From Octopus sinensis (taxonomy: Eukaryota): a stretch of 64,000 nucleotides of DNA. The translations under genes and the position numbers were made by a program. The stretch covers positions 159,960,001-160,024,000 of the forward strand of contig NC_043000.1 in the NCBI RefSeq assembly GCF_006345805.1, written 5' to 3'. Positions 49,930-63,132 of this stretch are shown here, in pieces. The notes under the pieces were generated by a model. It was not told the DNA's origin, ran no database searches, and saw only the letters and a program-made list of their open reading frames with translations. Positions within the stretch are counted from its first letter, which is position 1. Each line of letters opens with the position of its first letter.

Positions 49930-52760
49930 CTGGGAGTACCGGTTTCGCGTCTTACGCATATCAAACTTCCTAGGTGTTAGATTTCATCCATTTTTGTTGT
50001 TGACAATAATTTTTGCAGTCAAAGGGATGTAACTCGTCAATATTTCTGAAGGTAATTTGGGATGTAACTCTTCAATTCACCGGAAAAATTACAAGTTACT
50101 TGTGTTAGGATCTTTGGACTGATGTTCTTAATGTATATAGATTTGTGAGGTATATACACAAGTTTTAGGGGCTATTTACAAATATTTCAAAAGTGGGGAG
50201 AAGAATTGATTTTTATTCTGTTTTAGAGGGGTTGGTTGTTACTAAAATGTATTAATGTTCAGTTCTGGTTCATATTTCTGGATGAATGAGGCTTCTTTAT
50301 TAAGACGAACTTGCGTTGAGTTCCAGTTAGCAAATTTGTACAGAGGGAATATATAGAATTGTGATTGCAATTGTTTAGTACATACGTCAATATGTTAGTT
50401 GAGATATATCTGGCGATATTGTGTTGAAGCTATTTGTTGATAGTGCACCGTAGATTGGCGACGGATAGAGTTTCCCGTACTTCAGATATAATCTTTCTGG
50501 CAACCCGAGCATCTGATTGCAAAAATCCCTTCGTTTATAAGTTGGATTGGATAGTGTCTGTCCAGGAGTGTGTTTTTGAGTTCTTGTAATCTTAAATCCC
50601 TGGTATATTTCTCCGAAGCGATGGTGCAAATCCTTCTTGCAAGATTAAGGGGATGTCTTCGTATGTCTCGGGTGACAAGAGCTAAATAGGAGGTATTGCT
50701 TAGCATTTGTCGTTTTATAAAAGATGTCTCTTTCTATTTTGTTGTTGTTGTTTGTTTTTTTAATCAGTATGTCTAAGAATGGTAGTTCCTCCTCGTTGTA
50801 TTCTATTGTACGTTGTATGTTTGTGTTGATGATGTTTAGGAGTATTTTGATTTCCAGGAGTTTGTTTATGTCTTCATTCCATAGTAGGAACCAGTCATCT
50901 AAAAATCTCTTCCAATTTCCCTTTATGTATCAGGCGAAAGGGTCTCCAAATTTTAGCAGTGACTCCTGATACATTGTTTTTTCTAAGAACCCCATTGTAA
51001 GGTTGACAATGGTAGGTGCTGCTTTCGTACCCATCGCAACTCCAGATCATTGGCGGTAGAAAGTTGTATTAAACATGAAATGATTATTTTGGATGATAAA
51101 TTTTATGGATTCAATGATGAATTCTTTGTTGATTTGTTCTGGTATTTCTTCTGGATGTTGTTCCAGCCGGAACATAATTGCTTCAATCCCATAATTATGT
51201 AGTATGTTGGTATATAAGCTGATGACATCGAATGTAACCATGAATGTTTCTTCCTCGACCTGTTCTGGGAGGTGGTTTAACACGTCCAAATCTTCTCTGA
51301 CATGTAACTTTTGATGTGTTTTAAATATGGTTTCAGGAGAATGTCCATGAAGCAACATAATCGATGGTTTTCACAGGATGGGCCAAATATGATGGGTCGT
51401 AATTTTAGGTCTCCTAGTATTGGTGTATATATGTATGTTTGTCGTGAGTTTTTATGGCCTCGTTAATGTTTGGGCTTTTGTGAATTTTAGGAAGACCATA
51501 AATAAGACTGGATTTAAATTTTAAATTTGTCAGGAAATCTGTTTCCTTTCTGGTAAGGTCTTTTCCATGGGCTTGAATTATGTGAGAAAAAGCTTTTCAT
51601 TGCTTTATTTTTTTGTTGGGTGGTGTAGTTATTGATTTTTTCATAGTGCCGATTATTATTCAGTATGGACACAACCAGTTTTTTGTGGTAGGATGTGTCG
51701 ATGATTACCACTGCATTTTCTTTATCTGCTTCTTTGATTGTTATCACATTTTTCATTCCGCAATTCATTAAGTTCATTCCATCGAATTTTGTTGACATTT
51801 GAGGTGGGGTTTTTTTTTTGTGTAGAGTGTGGTAGGGAAAATTTTCAATGTGATTACAGAATTTATCTAGGCTTTTATTTCTTACTCCGTGGGGAGAATT
51901 CTCACTTTTGTTTTTGACCAATGATTCATCATGATCATCAAAGTCAGCCGGTGCTTCTGTAAGACGTAATTTCCTACAGAATTCCGAGACACTGCCATTA
52001 ATTTCATTTTGATTGGATCTGCGAGGTGTAGGGGTGAATTGAGGTCCTTTGATGAGGATATTTATCTTTGTCGTTGATAGGTGTTTGTGAGAAAGGATAA
52101 TTACCTTCGGCTTTTCCTCTGTCTCGGGTTCTACTTTGTGTCCTGTTTCCTCTGGTGTGAGGCTAAAAATGTTGGTTATCTTGGTATGAGTTGTTATTTA
52201 TGTAAGGATTGGACGTTGTTGTCTTGGATTGTTTTGTGTGTTTGGGTGTCTGGTGGTTCTATGTTTGGAGTTAGTCGTAATCCAAACTAAACCCCCATTT
52301 CTCTGGTCCGTGGTTGTAGAGTTTTGGTTGTTTAATTGTGTGTATGAGTAGTTTGTATAAACCTGGAGGATTCTGTTGGGTTGATGGTGGTGTTGTGGCT
52401 TAAGATTGATATGTATGGATGCGTGTCTGTAGAATCCATGTTCGCTATTGTGTGTGGTGCCTGGTATTTTCAGTAGTCCCTGGGAAGGGTGAAAGTTGCT
52501 GAATGAACTGTGGTCCAATCCGGAAAGTTTGGTCTCTGTGTTGCACTTGCTCCTGGTGGGTCTTGTGTTTTGGGTTGCCAATAGTTCTGGGGTGCATGGC
52601 GGTTATATCTGGTACATGAGAGTAGCTGATGGTAACTGTTCATGGTGCATATATGAAAGGAGTTGTTTATGTGGCTGTTCCCTATCATGTTCTTATGGGT
52701 GGAGTAGGCGTGTTTGTTGTTTAGTTTTCTTTGGTTGTTTTGTATTTTTTTCTTTCTGGA
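49930..52760 (-). mobile_element. Decayed Penelope-like element (RT plus GIY-YIG endonuclease)
   Basis: Minus-strand peptides MVTFDVISLYTNI, GVAMGTKAAP, WKRFLDDWF, ELPFLDILI, YLLFSSCHPRH, LARRICTI and IFPLYK..RLNKEASFIQKYEPELN. Multiple stops and frameshifts; boundaries approximate. Confidence 0.9.
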
Positions 52761-52834
52761 AAGGTATCCTCACTGGAATTTGAATCATATCTATGGAAAA
52801 ACCTTATATATATGTATGTATATATACATGACAG

Positions 52835-53025
52835 ATTCGCCATGATAGATCGCTAGCCAATAAACCTTTTTCTATTTTCTCACCCTGTTTATTTCTGTGT
52901 TCCTTAATGTCAAAGAGCATGGACTCGAAACGTAAACGACTTTCTCACTTCGTGAGTGTTAAACTAATACATCTGTTTGTTGTTTACACACCCGTTTTCA
53001 CCTTTTTTGTTAATTCTCACTAAAT
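52835..53025 (+). mobile_element. Short PLE-terminus-like element with a degenerate hammerhead-like motif
   Basis: atgtcaaagagcatggactcgaaacgt (~52905-52935) has a gag..ctc-GAAAC arrangement typical of PLE ends, but the CTGANGA core is corrupted. Confidence 0.45.
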
Positions 53026-53041
53026 ATATATACATACATAC

Positions 53042-53099
<58 letters not shown>

Positions 53100-53146
53100 A
53101 ACGCATGAGTATGCGTGTGTATATGCAATACATATATATGTATGTG

Positions 53147-53232
<86 letters not shown>

Positions 53233-53395
53233 TATATATATATATATATATGATTTTAACCCACGCTGGTGGAAAGGGGAGAACAGAGATTCTTCGCTTG
53301 CTTATTTGAATTTGTTGGCACTGTTAGTTACGAGCAGATCTTCGAAGGGGTATGTTCTTATTTTCAGTGTTTCCAAATCCAAACCAAGGAATTTC

Positions 53396-53447
53396 TGAGC
53401 TGATGATAGAAGTGTTGTTTTGACTAATCTTGAAACGTACGTTCTCA
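53396..53447 (+). ncRNA. Minimal type I hammerhead ribozyme motif, copy 1
   Basis: Stem I TGAG/CTCA, core CTGATGA (53400-53406), stem II aga+agt/act+tct, GAAA (53432-53435), stem III ACG-ta-CGT, and cleavage triplet GUU (cut after 53443). Confidence 0.7.
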
Positions 53448-53940
53448 AATAACCTTAGCATTTGATTTTTCGATGTCCTTACCCCCAAACTTTTGTGAGT
53501 TGAATTAAGCAAACACTATATATGAGAGAGATTTTCTTTAAGTATTAGAAATAGCTTTAAAAAAGTTTTTTAGCTGCTATTTCTAATGAGTTCAGTATGC
53601 GGCAAAGTAATTTATTTTACTAAGCCCTTTTATATAATGTAATAATTTGAATTCGCCTTGAATGGTCCCTTTGCATACTGAACACTTGGTGAAATTGATT
53701 AATAATTAATTAATTTTGCCCTCAATTGTTGAAATTATAATTAATCTCCCTCTGATTAATGCTTCGGATTTTACCGAAATAAGCATAGTGTTTGATGATT
53801 TTAACCCACGCTGGTGGAAAGGGGAGAACAGAGATTCTTCGCTTGCTTATTTGAATTTGTTGGCACTGTTAGTTACGAGCAGATCTTCGAAGGGGTATGT
53901 TCTTATTTTCAGTGTTTCCAAATCCAAACCAAGGAATTTC

Positions 53941-53992
53941 TGAGCTGATGATAGAAGTGTTGTTTTGACTAATCTTGAAACGTACGTTCTCA
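53941..53992 (+). ncRNA. Minimal type I hammerhead ribozyme motif, copy 2
   Basis: Identical to copy 1, 545 bp downstream. Confidence 0.7.
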
Positions 53993-54278
53993 AATAACCT
54001 TAGCATTTGATTTTTCGATGTCCTTACCCCCAAACTTTTGTGAGTTGAATTAAGCAAACACTATATATGAGAGAGATTTTCTTTAAGTATTAGAAATAGC
54101 TTTAAAAAAGTTTTTTAGCTGCTATTTCTAATGAGTTCAGTATGCGGCAAAGTAATTTATTTTACTAAGCCCTTTTATATAATGTAATAATTTGAATTCG
54201 CCTTGAATGGTCCCTTTGCATACTGAACACTTGGTGAAATTGATTAATAATTAATTAATTTTGCCCTCAATTGTTGAA

Positions 54279-54311
<33 letters not shown>

Positions 54312-56029
54312 TTCATACACACATACTCACACACATCTATACATCTATTTATACATATATACATAGGCGCAGGATTAGCTGTGTGGTAACAAGCTTGCTT
54401 CCCAACCACTAGCAGTTAAGTTAGTGTTAGCGCACCTAAATCTAATGAGTATAAGAAATCTGATAAGAAATACTTGTGCATTTCAGAAATGGCAACATTT
54501 TAACTCAATGATTAATATTTTTATCATTGCGCTAATTTTGTCTTTTCCTCCTCGCTGAATTATTTCTGATTTCATTATAGATACTTACCACATTAAATAT
54601 GTTAACATTAACTTAATTACTTATATATTCGATCTGCAATTATTTTTGGAAGACATTCACGATTAAGTGTTAAATTTTAAGCAGATTTAAGTAGCATTTA
54701 TTGTTTAATTGATAATGTTATTGTTACACACAAATTCATTAAAACAAGCGTACACACACACGCAGGCACACACACATCCACATGCAAAACAAAGCGAAAC
54801 TAATCAGATAACCTATCATATGCAACTATTCAGATATTTATACATTTTCTCTTCTCTAGATTCAATGAACAATTATTTAATAGGGATGTTAAAAGTTTTC
54901 AGTGTTCCAAATTTGCATTAAGTATATAAAGTACTAAAATATTATTAAAAATTTTATGCTAACGGATAAAGGGTAAAGTCTCCTATGATAATCGTTTATA
55001 ACATGGAAGCAATGGCGAGAAAATTGATGGAGAGTATATCTTGATTTTATGGTGAATTTCAAGTCACTTAAAGGTATATACCATAATATTGCAAAGCTGT
55101 TTGCGACTTTAGTGATTCTGCCGAATATTAGACGAGAATAAACTGTAATAAAGGTTGCAAGTTTTGGCAAAAGGCCAGCAATGTCAAGGGAGGGGATAAG
55201 TCGATTACATCGACCCCAATACTCAACTGGTACTTATTTTATCGACCCTGAAAGGATAATTGGTTAAGTTAAATTGGGAAACATTTAAATTAAGAACGTA
55301 AATGCCGCTTAGATTTTTGTCTGGAGCGGTAAAGTTTCTGCAAAATCACCGCGTGAAAATGGACTGTCATGATAAGACAAAAAATATCTTTAGTTTTCGT
55401 TCCGATACTGAGTTCAATGAATAAAATCTTTCTAATGAATGCATATAATGAACTTGAGAAACAATTGTTGTATGCTGCATCATTACGAAGCTGCAGAGCT
55501 ATATGTATTTCATTTCGTAGTAAATATTGAAAGATGCTTATAAATGTTGCTTACCAATCGACTTGTGATAAATGATCATTTACTAATCAAATATACGAGC
55601 TGCTAAATGTCTTCAATCAATTAAGGCAATACAGAGAAAACAAAAAATGAGATAGAAATAAAGATCTTTTTTCAGAATCTCCAATTTACAGTTGTCTGGG
55701 GTTAGGTTTCGTTGATGGAAAAAACTACTGATAGAAAGTTCAATAAAATTTTTAGAGAGACGAAAAATTCACAAGTAGATGATTGAAGACTACAAAAATG
55801 TTTCACTTTGAGGAACTATAGAAAGAAATATGGGAAAACGAGAAAATAGGATTTAAGCAGTAGAAATTAAACGAAGATTCTTTCAAGATATTCATGACAG
55901 TTGTCAAACACGCAGCGTGTGTAGTGATATGCAACAATATTATTAGGGAGCCTGAATATTTGAATATTTTCTGGAAAGTTTACGGAAAACATCTAAGGAT
56001 ACCTACTACAGTAACACTCTCTTTTACTC

Positions 56030-56340
56030 ATTTACTTGTTTCAGTCATTTGAATGTGGACGTGCTGGAGCACCGCCTTTAGTCGAGCAAATCGACCCCAG
56101 GACTTATTCTTTGTAAGCCTAGTACTTATTCTATCGGTCTCTTTTGCCGAACCGCTAAGTTACGGGGACGTAAACACACCATCATCAGTTGTCAAGCGAT
56201 GTTGGGGGGGGAGAAACAAAGACACAGAAACATACACACACATACATATATACATATATACGACGGGCTTCTTTCAGTTTCCGTCTACCAGATCCACTCA
56301 CAAGGCTTTGGTCGGCCCGAGGTTATAGTAGAAGACACTG
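56030..56340 (-). mobile_element. SINE family B, 5'-truncated
   Basis: Reverse complement of ~38405-38710. Confidence 0.9.
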
Positions 56341-59300
56341 TCGACTTTTGTCGGCACGATGATGGACGGAACCCCATACGCCATTAATTATAGGAATTTT
56401 GAGATATTGATTTATCATTATGTCATACAAATTTATGAATAAGAAAGACTGCTGCTCCTCACCCTTATTTATCCCTAAAGCGTAGGCAACACATAAAATA
56501 AGTATTTACTGTCATAATTCGAAAAAAATTATATTTTGAAACAAACATATATCATATTCTTCTGATTTTGAATTCCTTAAAATACGAATTGTTTAATAAG
56601 AATATTTCGTTATTTTGAATATAACTGTATCTTAAGATTCTAAGCAGGATTCTGTCCCGAGGAAGAGCCGTAGTTGAAACTAAAAAACTACTTTCGGTTC
56701 ATTACTTACCAATGTATCTTATATTACGAATTTTATTTCCTGTTGATCATTACTAATTTCTCTAAAAATGTAATAGACTTTACAATGTTTAAATCTAAAT
56801 CTTCTAGACGTTTTGAGCAAAGCACATTTTAAAATCTTTTCCAGAAATTTATTTTTTGCAAAAGCATTTATACGAGCAAGAAATTGATAAAACGTTTAAT
56901 ATTTATTTTCCAATGCTTTGGTAAAACTAACATACGCCAATGCAAAATTGCGACGCATATGAAGCAAAAATATTCGCTTTACATTAACAGCTCTAACCAC
57001 CCTATTCTCCGCCTCCTTTACTCTTGTTTCTCTTCCCTTTTCCTTCTCATCCTTTTCTTTCTACCTATCCGCTTCTTTATTAACATCATCCTCAAACTCA
57101 TCGTATGTACTCTTTATCGGGGAAAGTACGAGTAAATGATAAGCTTTCAATATGTTTGCCATTTTTTATTATCATCAGCCATGTTTATAATCAAATGTAT
57201 TACTAAAGATCATAGATATTGGCATATAAAGAATAATACTAATTTCCATCAGACTGAATGCGTGCGTCTTTCATAAAACGATGTATTGACTATTGTAATC
57301 CAAGAAACTCTGTAAAAGAACATTGAATTTGATAGTTCTAGATACATTATACTTGAAAAAAAAAAACGACAACAAAAGCAGTGAATAGATCAGGATTGTC
57401 AACATTTGGATGATGAAAAATCTTTTATGATAGCTTTGATAGACAAATGCTTATTTGGAGTGTATACAACAAAAAGCAATATTAAGTCTTGTTTCTAATT
57501 CAGATATTCCATATTACCTTTAGCACGACAATTGCACAAAAATATGAAATGAACTGTTAGCTCATTAGTCAGGATTCAAACATGCTGAAAAAATTTCGTT
57601 TTGTTTTGGTGATTCAGTATTTGTTAATTAATTCATCCCAGAGAAATAGGCAATAAATATTTTTTCTTCTAAAAATTAAAAGGAATAAACGCTCATCATA
57701 TCCTGAAGATTCTCGTTCATTTGTTCCTCGGGACAAAACCGAACCCATTGTCAATTTTGCCCCTTTGTCAGAAGCGAAAAGGCAGTGCTACTGACTTATT
57801 TCAAGACCCGTGCCACCGATAGTAAAAAAAAGAAAAATGGGTAAATTAACGTCAGACCGGAAATGTTGACCGAATGCTGCAGTTGAGTAGACTTTGAAAA
57901 ATTCATTCAAGGATCACACTCTGGCGTTGGACGAGCGTTTGCCACGGTCAAATATGAATGGGTATTTGTCGGATTTTTACACAATTTCAATTTCTGACCT
58001 GCCAAATTTCAATGAAAAGACAACCTTTTGTCTACTCGAAAGTATGAAAGAATAAGAATAAAATTGAACACCTCTCGTCTATGATTCTGTCCATGAAAGC
58101 ATTCATAAGTTATGTCATTCTAAACTCTCAGACATGATGCTAATGTTATGAGAATACATACTAGTCCCGCTCGTCTTTAATAAGAAAGGAAATTTGGTGA
58201 TTGACACCAACACGCTTTAATTACGAGCTCTCAAATGTATCATCACCTCCCTTTCTCTCTGAAATTAAGATTACTTCTGCTTCTTCTCGAAAGTAATGTA
58301 TAGCATTTCAACAACACACAATACAATTAGATACATTCGTTCCGCATCCACTCCTCATCGCAATAGTATTCTACTATCTCAAAACCTACATTAAACACTT
58401 TTCCTAACCATTCCTATACAGATCTTCAGCTCTCAAGAATTCTCTCTCTCCCTTGCAGCATTGAGGTTGTTTTATTACTAAAAGCATTCTACTATTTACA
58501 GACATATATATAGGGCGACGTTAGCCGTTGGATCTTCCCAATGTCTTTATTTTTTGAGATGATAAGATGTGATCTACTGGAGATTTGGCAACTATTTGTA
58601 GCTTGTCCCTGAAAGACCATATAGGGTATATTTATTCTGCAAACGTCAAAGTACAAACATTCGAACTGTACAAGAAAAGTGTCGATCTTACCAGTGTTTC
58701 ATGGTTGCCATCGCTCTCGAAATTACGCAACAACCACAGAACAGCTGAGACTAGTCATAGACAATAAAAAATAGCAACAAAACTGGAATACTAAAACTAC
58801 AGAAAAATTGCTATACATTCAACTTTACATTCATCATTTTCCTATCAAATTGATTTTTCTATAAAAATTTGGAGGAGTAGCGGTTATACGATTAAATATC
58901 CATTTACTGACCACTATTCTGGTTTTACTGAAGTCTGATTCATTTAACCAAATTACTTGAATAGTGATACTGTTTTAATTGAGCAATGAAACGAATTATC
59001 TTCTCATTTATCTGAATGAGCGCTCTTCCGAATTTATCTGTTTAATTCTGTTTCTGACCAGAAAAAATATGTACAAGGTCACCTTGTGGTCAAATTTATT
59101 TTTACAACGGTTATTCAAGTTAAAATCTAGGATTAAGTGAGAATTTAGCAAAATATATGGTTTTATTATTTTAAACAGAGTATGAACTTGTAGGTTTTAC
59201 GCTTTACGTAAGCTCGATTCCTTGAGAGAAAGAAACTGGTCACTTAACAGCAAATTAAGGGACAGAAAAGTACCAATATTGAGAAAGAAACATCTTACAA

Positions 59301-62300
59301 TTATTGCAGTTTATAAATACATTTTCATTGTTGTTATTAATCTCTAAAAGAAGAAACTTCTGATCAAATATATTCCATTTGTGGCCACTGAGTCTTTCTT
59401 TCTAGTAGTATATATAGGACTGGGTTATACATAGTGCTCTTCTCCTTTTAAAGCGGTACTGAGTAATTTAAGGGTGATTTGATTGATAAACCTTCGAAAA
59501 CCGAATAACTATGTAATGGCTTCGCTGGATTGTTTCTGAACAAGATACGTTACTACATTGGGCGTGAACATATTCCTCGTACGATTAGTTTTTAACGTAA
59601 CTGAATTTTTGCCATCGCGTAATGCATTAGTCGTCCAGCATATGATATGACAAACAGCGATAAGACCCAGCCCTAAAATTCACACAGCTTACAATGTATG
59701 GCTTCGAAAACAAGGCAGTATTCTATTCGAGAAATTAGAAGTTGATTAAACTAAATTACCAACGCTAAGTGACTGATAAAGTGTGTGCATGTAGATATAT
59801 ATATATATATATATATATCTCTATATATATATATAGACAAAATAAGAAAATGGAATAAGTGAATTAATTGCATCGCAATTATTAACAGTTATGTATTAAC
59901 TTTGTTGGGTACTTAACTAGCGGTAGATTGGATATATATTATCCCATGGAGGGTTGCATTTACAACCCCTATCTCAATTTGTATATATATATATATATAT
60001 ATATTAGACATGGAGCTTCAAGAAAGCGATTTATGTGTAGTTCATGTCTCATCCGTATGCTACAATTTCTTTTGTCTCAGTTGCTGCTTGTATCATCCAA
60101 TATCATTTATTTTATACGACTAAAAAAAAAAAGAATTCACAGAATTAAATAGTATAGAGTTAAAGGTTAACTGAGAAATTATGAATGTGAAGCAGTATCC
60201 AAGAAAATCTGAATATGATAGTTTTATCTCAGATATTAAGAATTATCAAATAATTATCATCTGTCTTAGATGGAAGACAACGTTTATGTTTTAATAGTAA
60301 TGTCTTTTCATTTTTGAAATTTTGTTTTCCTCAAAGGCATGCAATGCTTCCCATTTTCGAGCAAAAATACATTTAAAAAATTCTTTCTAGTAATGATGAC
60401 TTCATTTTATCTTCTTTCATAAATCTTTACAGAATTCATAAAAACAATAATGCATAAACTTATCCAAAACCACCCTTTAGTGCACCTTCAGAGCAAGGAA
60501 GCAGGCAGAGAAAATCTTGGCATCAAAGATTCGACAGGTCACAACAGCGCGACCATGCTAAACCTGACAGAACACAAACCAATAATGGTTGAACTAGCAA
60601 AGGGAGCTTTATGGCGATATGAAACGATATGGAAACATTGATACACACTGTTAACCTTGAATAATACAATTGATTTAAGTCATACATACAGCAATTTAAT
60701 TATGAAATACATTTTTATTCGTTACAATATATGTTATATAGAAATAATATGAAATTTTAATCAAATGAAAACTATTTTTTAAACACAGAGTGCTTGAGAT
60801 AAAGACGTGTTTTACCGAATAATATGTTTATTTGATTCAAAATAATTTTGGGTCTTCAATTAATTTGTTCATCCTCCAGTTTATATTTCCGTTTAATCCT
60901 TATAGTTTTCAATTTCAGAGTCTTTCTCTTCCCTTTCAAGAATTTTCATTAACGCAAAAGAAATTTCATTTTATCATTAAGGATATAATTCCAATTGATG
61001 AAGCATTATTTTCAGCTCAATATTTTAAGTATGATAGCTTGTATCCAATTAGTTTACAATATGCTGCTGTAGCCAGAATATTGTAAACAAACTAATTTAC
61101 AATATGCTGCTCTAGCCAAGCGAACTCCATAGAGCTATGAAACTACTTTTAAAATAGGAGTTATAGAAATAGATACCACAGTGCAATACACGTTTACAAT
61201 TTAGTTTTTCTTCTGTTATATCGAAACAATTCAAAGGTTGTTCCTAAACTTCTGTCTTTTTATCAGGCTTCATCAGGTCACCGTCGAGCCACTGATCGAT
61301 TAAATACATCGTGGTAGAAATAGCAGCAACAATTTCTTTAAAACACACCTGTTTTCCATTATAGCATGTAGTCCTAGAAACACTATATCTGTATGAAATT
61401 AGATGGTCGTAAGTCGAGCTCCTTTGATTAAAGATCTGCCCAACCAAGGATATGCTTCAAAATATCAACACAAACAAAACAGACGTCTAAAAGATGAAGT
61501 ATTGCCAAAAATATCAACAACCAATTGACACATTTGATAATTTGGTCTTAGATACATTATGTTTAAGAGGGATATTGATCATATGTCTATTGATTCTGAG
61601 CTAAGGTGAAGTTAAACAACTATAGTAATAACTCCAACGGCATGTTTGTGTCCTCCAACATGAATTATCGAGGCTGATGTTCACATCATACACGAATTCC
61701 CCAAAGTGAGACGAGATCTCCAAAAGTCTTCAGAGGTAATAAATACAAGCATATATCTTTGTAGCAAAATCAAATCATCAGAGTTCATATAGTATTTTGA
61801 AAAACCTAGTGTATAATTATTCATATGATGTAAACTGAAGCATCCATAATAATGTAAAATAAGTTACACAAAGTACCCATCGTTGAATATCAACATTATC
61901 ATTCATTCTTTCTTCTTTCTTTTATTTCTTTCGATCCTTTCTTCCTATTTCTTTTCGTTATTCATAATTTTTCCCTTTAGTTTCTTAATTTAGGATTATA
62001 TAAATAAATGTGGGCATCTTTCAGTAAATATAGTCTAAGCTTTGGCCTAACAATATTTGTTATTATTCTTGCGTAATGCATGTTAAAATATGATGATAAT
62101 AAACGAAATAATGATGCTATTTCTGAAATGACAAAACACATAACATGAGAAAGAAACGAAGTAGTAACACCCGTAGGACGTATGAAATTAAGGAAAAATA
62201 AAAATATTATAAATGAAAGAAATTAAAAAAAATTAGTGAAGTGTTTGATATTTTAGAAACTAGAGCAGTTATATAGATGATTGGTGTGCTACTTGTTGCG

Positions 62301-62932
62301 TAGAAAACGGTGTAGCAATAGGAACATCATTTTAATATATTCCAAGTTAGCAAATTGCCAAAAGATATTAAGCATCAGTTTTAAGTATAATTCCTTATTT
62401 ATTTTCGTTTCTTTTATATTGTGTTGTAAAATCCAATTTATCTTGCATAATAAGCAACAGCCATATTTTCCATTGATTTCCCGTTTACAAATTTATAAAT
62501 TTGTTTATATGTAACTAATCAATATATTCATTCTCAAATACATATAGATCTGGTCTTCAAGATCGTAAGTCGTTGATTTTCATTTACGTGAGAACAGCAC
62601 TGATACACACGACTAACAACTGGCGGTGGATATTCTTTACCTAATGAATTAACGTGAAATAGACTGTCGCGTACAACTGCCATTCGCCATGTACTAACAT
62701 CCAGTAATATGAAGACTGGAGCCCAGATATATTTGCAAGAAAGACTTAGTCGATTGGGCTGCTTCATTCTTAGACTCTACTACCTTGTTGCTATCTATCC
62801 ACAGTTATCATCTGAACGGACCTATGACCAAATTTGCTTCACCCACGATCGTCCTGTTTTTAACTAAACTGTATTACACAATATGTTTCCATATACAGTT
62901 CTATATTTAAGAGATTAGGAATTATGTACATT

Positions 62933-63132
62933 ATTTACATTATTTAAAATTTGTCCTCATCTTGTATGTTGTTAACACAAAGTTTCGTCTGACATACCCT
63001 CCAGCCTGCAACAGGTGTCTGGGGAACCCAGGTTCGAAACTTTCCCCAGGCTGGAGAGTGTATCAGCCGAAACGTTGTGTTAACAACAAACAAGATGAGG
63101 ACAAATAACCGTCAATTGTAAATAATGTAAAT
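62933..63132. repeat. Imperfect inverted repeat built from PLE-terminus-like sequence with hammerhead remnants
   Basis: Arms 62949-63008 and 63047-63106 are reverse complements with about 6-7 mismatches. Outer arms atttacattattta / taaataatgtaaat. ggctg..cagcc-GAAAC stem II motif. Confidence 0.85.

Larger units (their letters stand above)
53250..54280 (+). repeat. 545-bp tandem repeat (1.9 copies) inserted in (AT)n, each unit carrying a hammerhead ribozyme motif
   Basis: Unit 1 is 53250-53794 and unit 2 is 53795-54280. No differences were seen over the shared 486 bp. (AT)n on both flanks. Confidence 0.95.

Noticed and set aside
53750-53790. Second hammerhead-like motif ctgattaatgcttcggattttaccgaaat in the tandem unit
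   Set aside because: The core reads CTGATTA (G8 lost), and no stem III or cleavage triplet can be fitted. It is only a hairpin.
57840-57960. Slightly GC-richer patch with ETS-like (ccggaaat) and CRE-half (acgtca) motifs
   Set aside because: Short motifs alone cannot support a promoter call.
61349-61388. Possible 40-nt minus-strand exon (ctaatttcatacAG..GTgtgt)
   Set aside because: Neither open frame gives a recognisable peptide and the donor is only moderate. No support beyond splice dinucleotides.
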